Source: Vicinamibacterales bacterium | Lineage (GTDB): Bacteria; Acidobacteriota; Vicinamibacteria; Vicinamibacterales; UBA2999 | Assembly: GCA_044347565.1 (NCBI GenBank) | Contig: JBIKUN010000007.1 | Location: 3,307-67,306, forward strand | DNA length: 64,000 nt | Reading direction: 5' to 3' | Shown here: positions 9,578 through 17,326 of the stretch, piece by piece | Layout: each line of letters opens with the position of its first letter | Position numbering within the stretch: the stretch's first letter is position 1 | Position numbers and translations under genes: made by a program | The notes under the pieces: model-generated | What the model saw: only the letters and a program-made list of their open reading frames with translations | The model's database searches: none | What the model was told of the DNA's origin: nothing

Positions 9578-10315
9578 CTATTCCGCCGCCGCCTCTTCCC
9601 GCTTGCGCGGCTGGAAAAAGTGGCTGTCGACGAACTCGTCGATGGCGGCCTGGTCGGCCGGATCGACGCGATCGAACTGCAGGCCCATGCCGGCGCGCGG
9701 GTCGCTCCAGCGGACGTGCGCGTCGATGTCGAAGTCCTTCCTCGAGCCCGGCAGGCGGAAGCGCACGCGCACCTTGGTCATCGGCTCGAGCGGGCTGGTC
9801 GTGCGGATGGCGATGCCGCCGCGCGAGATGTTGAGCGACAGCGCGGCCGCGATGGTGGCGCCGACGTGGTACGCCGCCGGAATGCCGAGCACCACGCGCG
9901 GGCTGCCGCGGCGGTTGAAGTTGTCGGGGAAGAGGTGCGGCGCGAGCGACGGCAGGATGTGCTGCACGGCACTGTACTCGTTCACGTAGCCGGCAACGCC
10001 GAGCGCAGCCAGTTCCCGCACTTCGTCGGCGCTCGACACCGTGCCGCTGAATGCCAGGATCGGCAGCCGGCCATCGTCGAGCTTACGCACCGTGCCGATG
10101 AGCTCGGCGCCCGAGCAGTGCGGCAGGCGCAGGTCGATGACGAGCAGGTCGAGGCGCTCGAGGTCGGCGCGCACGCGCGCGAAGAGTTCGGCGGCGCTCT
10201 TGACGGTGATCGCCCGATGTCCGGCACTTTCGACAGCCGTGCGGAAGCGATCGCGCACCGACGCGCTGTCGTCGGCGATGACCACACACTTCGCGGTCGT
10301 CGGATTCGTGGGCAT
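9578..10315 (-). CDS. Response-regulator receiver domain fused to a PilZ (c-di-GMP binding) domain
   Basis: REC: VVIADDS, phospho-acceptor LLVIDLRLP, AFSGT. PilZ: RGSPR (RxxxR) and NISRGG (NxSxxG). Confidence 0.7.
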   Translation of the reverse strand: MPTNPTTAKCVVIADDSASVRDRFRTAVESAGHRAITVKSAAELFARVRADLERLDLLVIDLRLPHCSGAELIGTVRKLDDGRLPILAFSGTVSSADEVRELAALGVAGYVNEYSAVQHILPSLAPHLFPDNFNRRGSPRVVLGIPAAYHVGATIAAALSLNISRGGIAIRTTSPLEPMTKVRVRFRLPGSRKDFDIDAHVRWSDPRAGMGLQFDRVDPADQAAIDEFVDSHFFQPRKREEAAAE

Positions 10316-10342
10316 GCTGTGTGTCAGGGGCGGCTGAGTTCG

Positions 10343-10372
10343 TTGCAGAATAGCTCAGGTTCCCCATATAAT
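10343..10372 (+). promoter_or_regulatory. Sigma70-type promoter candidate TTGCAG-N18-TATAAT upstream of the LysW-like ORF
   Basis: ttgcag 10343-10348 and tataat 10367-10372, in the AT-richest part of the divergent intergenic region. Confidence 0.35.
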
Positions 10373-10458
10373 TCGAACACTTCTTCGCGCCTCTGCGCGC
10401 CGTCCCGTGCGGCGGTGGGCAGCCTTGTGACGAAGTTGTTTTCCGAGGAGTGGTCCGC

Positions 10459-10704
10459 ATGTCCGCGTATTGCCCCGAGTGCGATGCCGAGATCGATATC
10501 GACAGCGCCGACGCCGAGATTGGCGACGAGCTGAGCTGCTCGGAGTGCGGCTCCCTGCTGCGCGTCTCGAATGACTCGCCGCTCGAACTCGAGTTCGCCG
10601 ATGACGACGATCTCGACGACGATGATGATGACGACGACGAAGAAGAGAAAGAAGAAGACGACGACTTCGACGACGACGAGGACGACAAGGACGACGAGGA
10701 CTAG
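10459..10704 (+). CDS. LysW-like zinc-ribbon protein with a polyacidic C-terminal tail (81 aa)
   Basis: ATG 10459 is preceded by GAGGAG (10445-10450). The product reads MSAYCPECDAEIDIDSADAEIGDELSCSECGSLLRVSNDSPLELEF, followed by 30 D/E in the last 34 residues. Confidence 0.6.
   Translation: MSAYCPECDAEIDIDSADAEIGDELSCSECGSLLRVSNDSPLELEFADDDDLDDDDDDDDEEEKEEDDDFDDDEDDKDDED
10600..10701 (+). repeat. GAC/GAT/GAA-rich low-complexity coding repeat (polyacidic tail)
   Basis: Encodes DDDDLDDDDDDDDEEEKEEDDDFDDDEDDKDDED. Confidence 0.9.
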
Positions 10705-10716
10705 GCGGAGGCCGCA

Positions 10717-11568
10717 ATGAGTGACGCGTCCGTGCTCGTGCTTCCGGACGTGGTGCGCACCAGAGCGGCGCGTCTCGAGGCCCGGCTGGCGGAGCTGGGG
10801 TCGGTCATCGTGGCCTTCAGCGGCGGCATCGACAGCGCCTTTCTCGCCGTCACTGCCGCCCGCATCCTTGGTCCGGGGGCGCTCGCCGTCACCGGCGACA
10901 GCGCCTCCTATCCCGAACACCACCGGCAGCAGGCCCTGGGTGTGGCGCGCGACTTCTCGCTCGCGCACGAGATCGTGCCCACGTGGGAACTCGAGCGCGA
11001 GGGGTATCGTGCCAACGCCGGCGATCGCTGCTTCCACTGCAAGACGGAGCTCTACGGCACGCTGGCCGCGCTGGCCCGCGCGCGCGGGTTCGCGGCCGTG
11101 GCCGATGGCAGCAACGCCGACGATCGCGGCGACTATCGCCCCGGCCGTCAGGCGGCGCGCGATCACGGCGTGGTGAGTCCGCTCGACGAGGTCGATCTCG
11201 GCAAGCACGACATCCGCGCGCTGGCCCGCGAGGCCGGCATGACGATCTGGGACGCCCCCGCCTCGGCGTGCCTGTCGTCGCGCATCCCGCATCACAGCGT
11301 CGTGACCGCGCCCAAGCTGCAGCAGATCGAACGGGCTGAAGACGGCGTGCGCGCGCTGGGCTTCCGCGTGTTCCGCGTGCGGCACTTCGACCATCTGGCA
11401 CGCCTCGAATTCGCCACGGCCGAGATGCCGCGGGCGCTCGAACCCGGCGTCACCGCGGCGATCGTCGATGCCGTGCGCGCGGCCGGCTTCACCGAAGTGG
11501 ACATCGACCCGCGCGGCTACCGCCAGGGCAGCCTGAACGAACCGCTGCTGCTCAGGCCGATCTCGTGA
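10717..11568 (+). CDS. larE: LarE-family PP-loop ATP pyrophosphatase / sulfur transferase (TIGR00268-like)
   Basis: SGGIDS PP-loop, CFHCK, and ASACLSSRIP with the LarE-type cysteine. RBS GGAGG lies upstream. Confidence 0.75.
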   Translation: MSDASVLVLPDVVRTRAARLEARLAELGSVIVAFSGGIDSAFLAVTAARILGPGALAVTGDSASYPEHHRQQALGVARDFSLAHEIVPTWELEREGYRANAGDRCFHCKTELYGTLAALARARGFAAVADGSNADDRGDYRPGRQAARDHGVVSPLDEVDLGKHDIRALAREAGMTIWDAPASACLSSRIPHHSVVTAPKLQQIERAEDGVRALGFRVFRVRHFDHLARLEFATAEMPRALEPGVTAAIVDAVRAAGFTEVDIDPRGYRQGSLNEPLLLRPIS

Positions 11569-13976
11569 CCCCCGATCTGCCGGCGCCGGCCGGCTCCGGC
11601 CGGGCCGGACTCGTGGCCGTGCTGCTCGTCGTGGCGGGCATGGCGGCCGGCCACCTCACGTCGCTGCCGACGACCCTCGAAGACATCGACTCGGTGAATT
11701 TCGCGCTCGGCGTGCGCGATTTCGATCCCGGGCAGCACCGTCCGCATCCGCCGGGGTATCCCGTCTATGTCGCCCTCGGCAAGGCGGCCACGGCGGTGAC
11801 GCGCGCGGCCTGGCCGGATGGCCGGCCCGATCGCGTGGAGGCGCGGGCGCTTGCCGCGTTGTCCCTCGCCGGCGCGCTCGTGCTCGTGTGGCTCGTGGCG
11901 CGCGTGAGCGCCACGTTCGCGCCTGGCGGCGAGGGCCGCAACGGGCAGCCGTGGCTGACGCGGCGCGCGGCGCTCGCCGCCCTGCTCTTCGCGGCGTGTC
12001 CGCTCACCTGGTATCTGGCGGCGCGGCCGATGAGCGACGTGCCGGGCCTGGCCGCGGCCTGCGCCGCCCTCGCCTGCCTCGGTCTTGCGTGGTGGCGGCA
12101 ACACCCGGCCAGCGACGGCTCGCGCCGCCTCACCGCGCCCGAGATGGCCGCCTCCGGCCGCATGGTCGTGCTCGGCGCGCTGCTGGCGGGGGTCGCCGTG
12201 GGCTTCCGCACGCAGACGCTCTGGGTCACGGCGCCGCTCCTCGTGCTGGTGCTCGCGGACCGTGCCGGGCGCGGCCTGGCGGGCGCGCTCCTCGGCTCGG
12301 CCGTGGCATTCACCGCCGGCGCGCTCGCCTGGGGCATCCCGCTGCTCGTGGCGAGCGGCGGGCTCAACGCGTATCTCGCCGCGCTCGGCTCGCAGGCCGG
12401 CGAAGACTTCGCCGGCGTCGAGATGCTCTATCTGAATCCCACGCCGCGTCTGGCTGCGTTCGCGCTGATGCGCACGTTCATCTGGCCGTGGGATCACGTG
12501 CTGCTCGCGAGCGCCGTCCTGGCCGCGGCGGCGGCCGGCGCCATCGTGCTCCTCGTGCGCGAGCGCCGCACGGTCCTCGCCGTGGCGGCCATCACGCTGC
12601 CGTATCTCGCATTCCACCTCGCGTTCCAGGACACGGTGTTCTCGCGCTACGCGCTGCCGCTGATGCTCCCGGTGACGTTTCTCGCCGCCGTGGCCTTCGA
12701 TGCGGCCGGGCGCACCGGCGTGGTGGCCGCCGCGGGCCTCGCGGCGTGGAGCCTGAGCGTGGCCGTGCCGCAGCAGCGGGCGTATGCGGAGCGGGGCAGC
12801 CCCACCGCGCACCTCTTCGACCGCGTGGCGGACGAGGCGGCCGCCGGCGCCGCGCCGACGCTGGCGATGCATCAGGCGCTGCAGCGTCCGCTCGAAGCGG
12901 AGACGCGCGAACTCGGTGCGCGCCTGCCGTCGCCGCCGCGCCGCGAGTGGCTCGAACTGGTGCGGCACTGGCGCACCGGCGCGATGGGCCCGGTCTGGTT
13001 CCTCGCCGATCCGCGGCGCACCGATCTCGCGCTCATCGATCCCGAGGCGCGTCGCGATCGCGACGACTTCACCTGGGGCATCCCGAGCCTCTCGATGTTC
13101 GGCGGCATGCGCCCCGAAGACGTGTCGCTCGTCCGGATGCGGCCGCCCGGCTGGTTCGCCGCCGAGGGATGGAGCCTGACACCGGAAACCGCCGGGATGG
13201 CGCGCCTCATGGGCCGCGGCCCGCATCTCGAGCCCGTGAACGCGTACGTGCGGCGCCGCGGCGAAGCCGCCCTCGCCGTCGTTGGCGGCCGCAATCTCGG
13301 TGCGGCGGGCGACCCGGCCGCCCAGTTCACGCTCGCCGTCGACGGCCGCGACATCGAGTCGTGGGAGGTGGCGCCGGCGCCCGGCTTCTTCCTGCGCCGC
13401 GTGGCGCTGCCGGCCGGCGTGCTGGCCGGCGAGGGGCCGTTTGCCACCCTCAGCCTGCGTTCGGCGCCGGCGGCCGGCTCGGCCACCGTGCCGACGTCGA
13501 TCGAGCAGTTCGACCTGCAGTCGCCCGGTGTGCTGATGTGGGCCTACGGCGAGGGGTTCCACGAGCCCGAACTCGACAACACGCGGGCCAGGTCGTGGCG
13601 CTGGATGAGCGAACGGGCGGTGCTCGAGGTACCGCAAACCGCCGGCGACGTGACCCTCGTCGTGCGCGGCGAGTCGCCCCTCACGTATTTCGCGCAGCCC
13701 TCGACGTTCGAAGTGCGGGCGGGCCAGCAACTGCTCGGCCGCGTCGAACTGCGCGCCGACTTCACCGTGCGCATCGGCGTGCGGCGCCCCACGCTCGAGG
13801 CCGCCGGCGGGCAGCTCGTGCTCACGACCACGCAGACCTTCGCACCCGCAGAGCGCGACGGCTCGGCGGATCGCCGCCGCCTCGGCCTGCGTCTATTCTC
13901 CGTGGAGGTCGTGCCCGGAGTGACTTCGCGTGCATCCGAAGCGATTTCAGGCCAAAACACGTCCGATCTTCGTTGA
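11565..13976 (+). CDS. DUF2723/GT-C-fold membrane glycosyltransferase with two C-terminal periplasmic beta-modules
   Basis: GTG 11565 overlaps the larE-like stop (GTGA). N-terminal motif DSVNFALGVRDFDPGQHRPHPPGYPVY, about 10 hydrophobic segments, and a duplicated C-terminal module (..WRWM..). Confidence 0.65.
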   Translation: MTPDLPAPAGSGRAGLVAVLLVVAGMAAGHLTSLPTTLEDIDSVNFALGVRDFDPGQHRPHPPGYPVYVALGKAATAVTRAAWPDGRPDRVEARALAALSLAGALVLVWLVARVSATFAPGGEGRNGQPWLTRRAALAALLFAACPLTWYLAARPMSDVPGLAAACAALACLGLAWWRQHPASDGSRRLTAPEMAASGRMVVLGALLAGVAVGFRTQTLWVTAPLLVLVLADRAGRGLAGALLGSAVAFTAGALAWGIPLLVASGGLNAYLAALGSQAGEDFAGVEMLYLNPTPRLAAFALMRTFIWPWDHVLLASAVLAAAAAGAIVLLVRERRTVLAVAAITLPYLAFHLAFQDTVFSRYALPLMLPVTFLAAVAFDAAGRTGVVAAAGLAAWSLSVAVPQQRAYAERGSPTAHLFDRVADEAAAGAAPTLAMHQALQRPLEAETRELGARLPSPPRREWLELVRHWRTGAMGPVWFLADPRRTDLALIDPEARRDRDDFTWGIPSLSMFGGMRPEDVSLVRMRPPGWFAAEGWSLTPETAGMARLMGRGPHLEPVNAYVRRRGEAALAVVGGRNLGAAGDPAAQFTLAVDGRDIESWEVAPAPGFFLRRVALPAGVLAGEGPFATLSLRSAPAAGSATVPTSIEQFDLQSPGVLMWAYGEGFHEPELDNTRARSWRWMSERAVLEVPQTAGDVTLVVRGESPLTYFAQPSTFEVRAGQQLLGRVELRADFTVRIGVRRPTLEAAGGQLVLTTTQTFAPAERDGSADRRRLGLRLFSVEVVPGVTSRASEAISGQNTSDLR

Positions 13977-14001
13977 CAGTCAGCGACGCCACGGCTAATC
14001 T
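13973..14001 (+). promoter_or_regulatory. Sigma70-type promoter candidate TTGACA-N17-TAATCT for pal
   Basis: ttgaca 13973-13978 (overlapping the upstream stop codon), 17-nt spacer, taatct 13996-14001. AGGAG SD precedes ATG 14061. Confidence 0.4.
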
Positions 14002-14060
14002 CCCGGAGGTCGAGCCATCCAGGCGACGCGAACGATTTCATCAAGCCCCGCAGGAGACAC

Positions 14061-14645
14061 ATGATGCGTTTGCCATCCCGTCACGCGGCGATTGCGATTA
14101 TCTGCAGCTTCGCGCTGCTGGTCTTCGCCGAAGCGTGCGCCAAGAAAGTTCCGCCGCCCGCTCCGCCGCCGCCCCCGCCCCCGGTAGCGCCCGCGCCGCC
14201 GCCGCCCCCGCCGCCCCCGCCCCCGCCGCCGCCCCCGCCGCCGCCGCCGCGCGTGCCGACGGAAGCCGAGATCTGGGCCGGCAAGAGCGTGGCGGACCTC
14301 ATGCGCGAAGGTGTGCTGGGCGACGTCTACTTCGACCTCGACATGTACGGCGTGCGTGAGGATGCCCGCGGTCCGCTGCAGGCCAATGCCGACTACCTGA
14401 AGAAGTGGAGCTCGCTGCGCATCACCGTCGAAGGGCACTGCGACGAGCGCGGCACCGCCGAATACAACCTCAGCCTCGGCGAGCGCCGCTCGAACGCGGT
14501 GAAGGGGTACCTCGTGAGCCTCGGCGTGCCCGAGAGCAGCATCACGGTCATCAGCAAGGGCAAGGAAACGCCCTTCTGCACCGAGAGCAACGAGGCCTGC
14601 TGGCAGCAGAACCGCCGCGCGCACTTCGTCATCACCGCGAAGTAA
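14061..14645 (+). CDS. pal: Peptidoglycan-associated lipoprotein Pal (OmpA family) with a poly-proline linker
   Basis: Signal peptide ending ..FAEAC (lipobox-like). OmpA-like domain: GHCDERGTAEYNLSLGERRSNAVKGYL, NRRAHFV. Confidence 0.85.
   Translation: MMRLPSRHAAIAIICSFALLVFAEACAKKVPPPAPPPPPPPVAPAPPPPPPPPPPPPPPPPPPRVPTEAEIWAGKSVADLMREGVLGDVYFDLDMYGVREDARGPLQANADYLKKWSSLRITVEGHCDERGTAEYNLSLGERRSNAVKGYLVSLGVPESSITVISKGKETPFCTESNEACWQQNRRAHFVITAK
14151..14249 (+). repeat. CCG/CCC-rich coding microsatellite (PPPAPPPPPPPVAPA + 18 consecutive Pro)
   Basis: Read directly in the pal linker. Confidence 0.9.
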
Positions 14646-14674
14646 GCCCGCCGCGGCTGCATCGGTACACGGCA

Positions 14675-14700
14675 CGGGCCGGCCATTCGGGGCCGGCCCG
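14675..14700. terminator. GC-rich hairpin between convergent pal and pyrF (bidirectional terminator candidate)
   Basis: cgggccggcc-attc/g-ggccggcccg stem, followed by ttgtcgttt. Confidence 0.5.
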
Positions 14701-14727
14701 TTGTCGTTTCAGGCGAGCGGCGCGGCG

Positions 14728-15432
14728 TCAGCCGAGCTGGGCGAGGATGTCGCCGGCGGCGGCGCGCGGATCGGCGGCACCCGTGATCGGGCGGCCGATG
14801 ACGAGGTAGGTGGCGCCGGCGGCCACCGCCTCGGCGGCGCTCAGCGTGCGGGCCTGATCGTCCTTGCCGACGTCGGCCGCGGCGCGGATGCCCGGCGTGA
14901 CGATGGCGAAGCCGGCGCCGCAGGCGGCGCGAATCGCCTTCGTTTCAAGCGGCGAGGCGACGACGCCGTCGAGGCCCGAGGCCTGCGCCAGCCGCGCGAG
15001 GTGCAGCACCTGGTCCATGACGGGACGCGTCGTGCCCACTTCGGCCAGGGCCGCCTCGTCCATGCTCGTGAGCACGGTCACGCCGATGACGAGCGGCCGC
15101 GGACGGCCGAGTGCGCCGGCCGTCTTCGCCGCGGCATCCGCCGCCGCGCGCATCATCTTCCCGCCGCCGGAGCAGTGCACGTTCACCATCCACGCGCCGG
15201 TGGCGACGGCCGAGGCCACGGCGCCGGCCACCGTGTTCGGGATGTCGTGGAACTTCAGATCGAGGAACACGCGTTCGCCGCGGTCGGCCAGCGTGCGCAC
15301 GATCGAGGGGCCGACGGCGGTGAAGAGCTGCTTGCCGATCTTGTAGCCGCCCACCGCGCCCTTGAGCTGGTCGGCCAGGGCGAGCGCCTTCTCGGCCGAG
15401 TCGACGTCGAGGGCCACGAGAATCGGGTTCAT
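14728..15432 (-). CDS. pyrF: Orotidine 5'-phosphate decarboxylase
   Basis: ORF 14728..16446 trimmed to [10 protein letters not shown] (ATG comp 15430-15432). Motifs [10 protein letters not shown] and VIGRPIT. ATGA overlap with pyrD. Confidence 0.9.
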   Translation of the reverse strand: MNPILVALDVDSAEKALALADQLKGAVGGYKIGKQLFTAVGPSIVRTLADRGERVFLDLKFHDIPNTVAGAVASAVATGAWMVNVHCSGGGKMMRAAADAAAKTAGALGRPRPLVIGVTVLTSMDEAALAEVGTTRPVMDQVLHLARLAQASGLDGVVASPLETKAIRAACGAGFAIVTPGIRAAADVGKDDQARTLSAAEAVAAGATYLVIGRPITGAADPRAAAGDILAQLG

Positions 15433-16370
15433 GCGTGAGCCTTCGCCGGGGAGGTGGTGTCGAGCGCGCCGACGATGTCGGCGAGGCGCGTGATCTGGTG
15501 ACGCTGCATGTAGTCGGTGAGCCCGTCGAGCAGCTTGCTCCAGATGAACGGGTCGACGAAGTTGGCCGTGCCCACCTGCACCGCGTTGGCGCCGGCGATC
15601 ATGAATTCGAGCACGTCGCGGTGGTCCATGATGCCGCCCATGCCGACGATCGGGATCTTCACTTCCTGGCGGCACTCCCACACCATCCGTACGGCGATCG
15701 GGCGGATGGCCGGGCCGCTCAGCCCGCCCACGACGTTCGACAGCTTCGGCTTGCGCTGCTCGACGTCGATGGCCATGGCGAGGAACGTGTTGACGAGCGA
15801 AATGGCATCGGCGCCGGCGTCTTCGGCGGCGCGCGCGAACGAGGCCGGGGAGGTGACGTTCGGCGTGAGCTTCGGGATGATCGGCAGCGACGTCGCCTTG
15901 CGGATGGCGCTCACGACGCCGAAGGTGCCATCGAGGCTGCAGCCGAACTGGATGCCGCCTTCCTTGATGTTCGGGCAGGAGATGTTGATTTCGAGGGCGT
16001 CCACGCCCTCCGCGTCCGAGAGGATGCGCGCCACCTCGACGTATTCGTCGAGGGTCGTGCCGCAGATGTTCACGATCGTGCGCGCCCGGCGCGCCCGCAG
16101 CAGCGGCAGCTTCTCGCTGATGAAGCGGTGCACGCCGATGCCCTGGAGGCCGATGGCGTTCAGCATGCCCGCCGGCGTCTCGGCGATGCGCTCGGGCTTG
16201 TGGCCCTGACGCTCGGCCAGGAACAGACCCTTCGACACGACACCGCCGAGCGTCGAGAGATCGACCACGTCCTCGTACTCGAGACCGTAGCCGAAGCAGC
16301 CGCTCGCCGCCATGAGCGGATTCGGCATCACGAGCGAGCCGATCCGCACCGACATATCCAGAGCCGTCAT
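15429..16370 (-). CDS. pyrD: Dihydroorotate dehydrogenase, class 1B catalytic subunit
   Basis: ORF 15429..17417 trimmed to [12 protein letters not shown]. Motifs [14 protein letters not shown] and [14 protein letters not shown] overlap with pyrK. Confidence 0.9.
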   Translation of the reverse strand: MTALDMSVRIGSLVMPNPLMAASGCFGYGLEYEDVVDLSTLGGVVSKGLFLAERQGHKPERIAETPAGMLNAIGLQGIGVHRFISEKLPLLRARRARTIVNICGTTLDEYVEVARILSDAEGVDALEINISCPNIKEGGIQFGCSLDGTFGVVSAIRKATSLPIIPKLTPNVTSPASFARAAEDAGADAISLVNTFLAMAIDVEQRKPKLSNVVGGLSGPAIRPIAVRMVWECRQEVKIPIVGMGGIMDHRDVLEFMIAGANAVQVGTANFVDPFIWSKLLDGLTDYMQRHQITRLADIVGALDTTSPAKAHA

Positions 16371-17179
16371 TCCCACACCACCGTGGCGCCGTCGAACACC
16401 GGACCGCCGATGCACGACCGCACGTAGCGCGTCTGGCCGTCGGCATGTTTCACCGGCACGACGCAGCTGTAACAGCCGCCGAGGCCGCAGCCCATCGTGC
16501 GCTCCATCGAGACTTCGCTTGGCTGGCCGTAGCGTTCGGCGAGCCGCGCCACGGCGGCCAGCATCGGTTCGGGGCCGCAGGCGTAGACGGTGACGAGGTT
16601 CGGGCCGGCCAGGCCCTTGAGCGATTCTTCGAGCGGACCGGTGACCCGGCCCTTCACGCCCGCGCCGCCGTCTTCGGTCGTGAGCACGAGCCGCACGCCG
16701 AGGCGGTCGAAGAACTCCAGGTAGTAGAGCTCGTCGGCGGTGCGCGCGCCGTAGAAGAGCGTGGCCGGCACCTGCAGCGCCACGAGCGCCTCGGCGAGTG
16801 TCGCGAAGGGCGCCAGGCCCACGCCACCGGCCACCATCCACGCCTCGCCGCTCGACGGCGGGTTGAAGGGAAGGCCCAGGGGGCCGAGGCACCACACCGG
16901 ATCGCCGGCTTCGAGGCCGTAGAGGAGCCCGGTCGTGCGTCCGGCGCGTTTGTTCAGGATGCTGATGGCGCGCACCGTGCCGAGGTCGTCGCGGAGCACC
17001 TCGAACACCGAGAACGGGCGCCGCAGCATCGGATCGGACGCGTCGGTGGTCTTCAGCATCACGAACTGACCAGGTTCCGTGAGGGCGCCCACTTCGGGCG
17101 CGGCAATCGTGAGGACGTTGTAGTCGCGCGACAGCCGGACGTTCGAAATCACGGTGGCGCGCACATCGACGGGTGGCAC
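16367..17179 (-). CDS. pyrK: Dihydroorotate dehydrogenase electron-transfer subunit (FAD/2Fe-2S)
   Basis: RPFSV FAD motif and C-terminal cluster [10 protein letters not shown]...C. I chose GTG (comp 17177-17179, [12 protein letters not shown]) as the start because a TATACT box sits 6 nt upstream. The in-frame ATG at 17287 is the longer alternative. Confidence 0.75.
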   Translation of the reverse strand: MPPVDVRATVISNVRLSRDYNVLTIAAPEVGALTEPGQFVMLKTTDASDPMLRRPFSVFEVLRDDLGTVRAISILNKRAGRTTGLLYGLEAGDPVWCLGPLGLPFNPPSSGEAWMVAGGVGLAPFATLAEALVALQVPATLFYGARTADELYYLEFFDRLGVRLVLTTEDGGAGVKGRVTGPLEESLKGLAGPNLVTVYACGPEPMLAAVARLAERYGQPSEVSMERTMGCGLGGCYSCVVPVKHADGQTRYVRSCIGGPVFDGATVVWE

Positions 17180-17185
17180 GGGGAA

Positions 17186-17191
17186 AGTATA
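17186..17191 (-). promoter_or_regulatory. -10 box TATACT, 6 nt before the pyrK GTG (leaderless candidate)
   Basis: Minus strand reads cgcTATACTttccccGTGccacccgtcgatgtg. Confidence 0.4.
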
Positions 17192-17326
17192 GCGTGCCGG
17201 GTCTCGGGGCCCCGGACCCGGGGGCCGGGGCGTGACAGGGCGTGCGCGCGGCCAGCGACAGAACTCGGAGGGGGTGGTCCGCGTCATACTGGAGGTGCCC
17301 GCGCCTGACCGTCTGGTAGTCCCGGA

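Noticed and set aside
10083-10688. Minus-strand ORF encoding poly-Ser (MSSSSSSKSSSSSFSSSSSSSSSSS...)
   Set aside because: It is the reverse complement of the GAC/GAA acidic-tail repeat and it continues into the REC-PilZ gene in the wrong frame. It is an artefact of the repeat.
14081-14302. Minus-strand ORF encoding poly-Gly
   Set aside because: It is the reverse complement of the pal poly-Pro CCG tract.
11517-14359. Long ORFs 11517..13730 (-; 737 aa) and 11888..14359 (+; 823 aa) overlapping the GT-C gene and pal
   Set aside because: These are alternative frames or the opposite strand of a gene with clear TM/DUF2723 features. They have an R/A/G/P-rich composition, no motifs, and would cross real gene boundaries.
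17285-17287. ATG at 17287 as the pyrK start (306 aa)
   Set aside because: It would leave only 39 nt to the divergent TonB-receptor start, and it adds a non-conserved Pro/Arg-rich 36-aa extension. The GTG at 17179 follows a TATACT box by 6 nt and matches the usual PyrK N-terminus. I kept the ATG as an alternative only.
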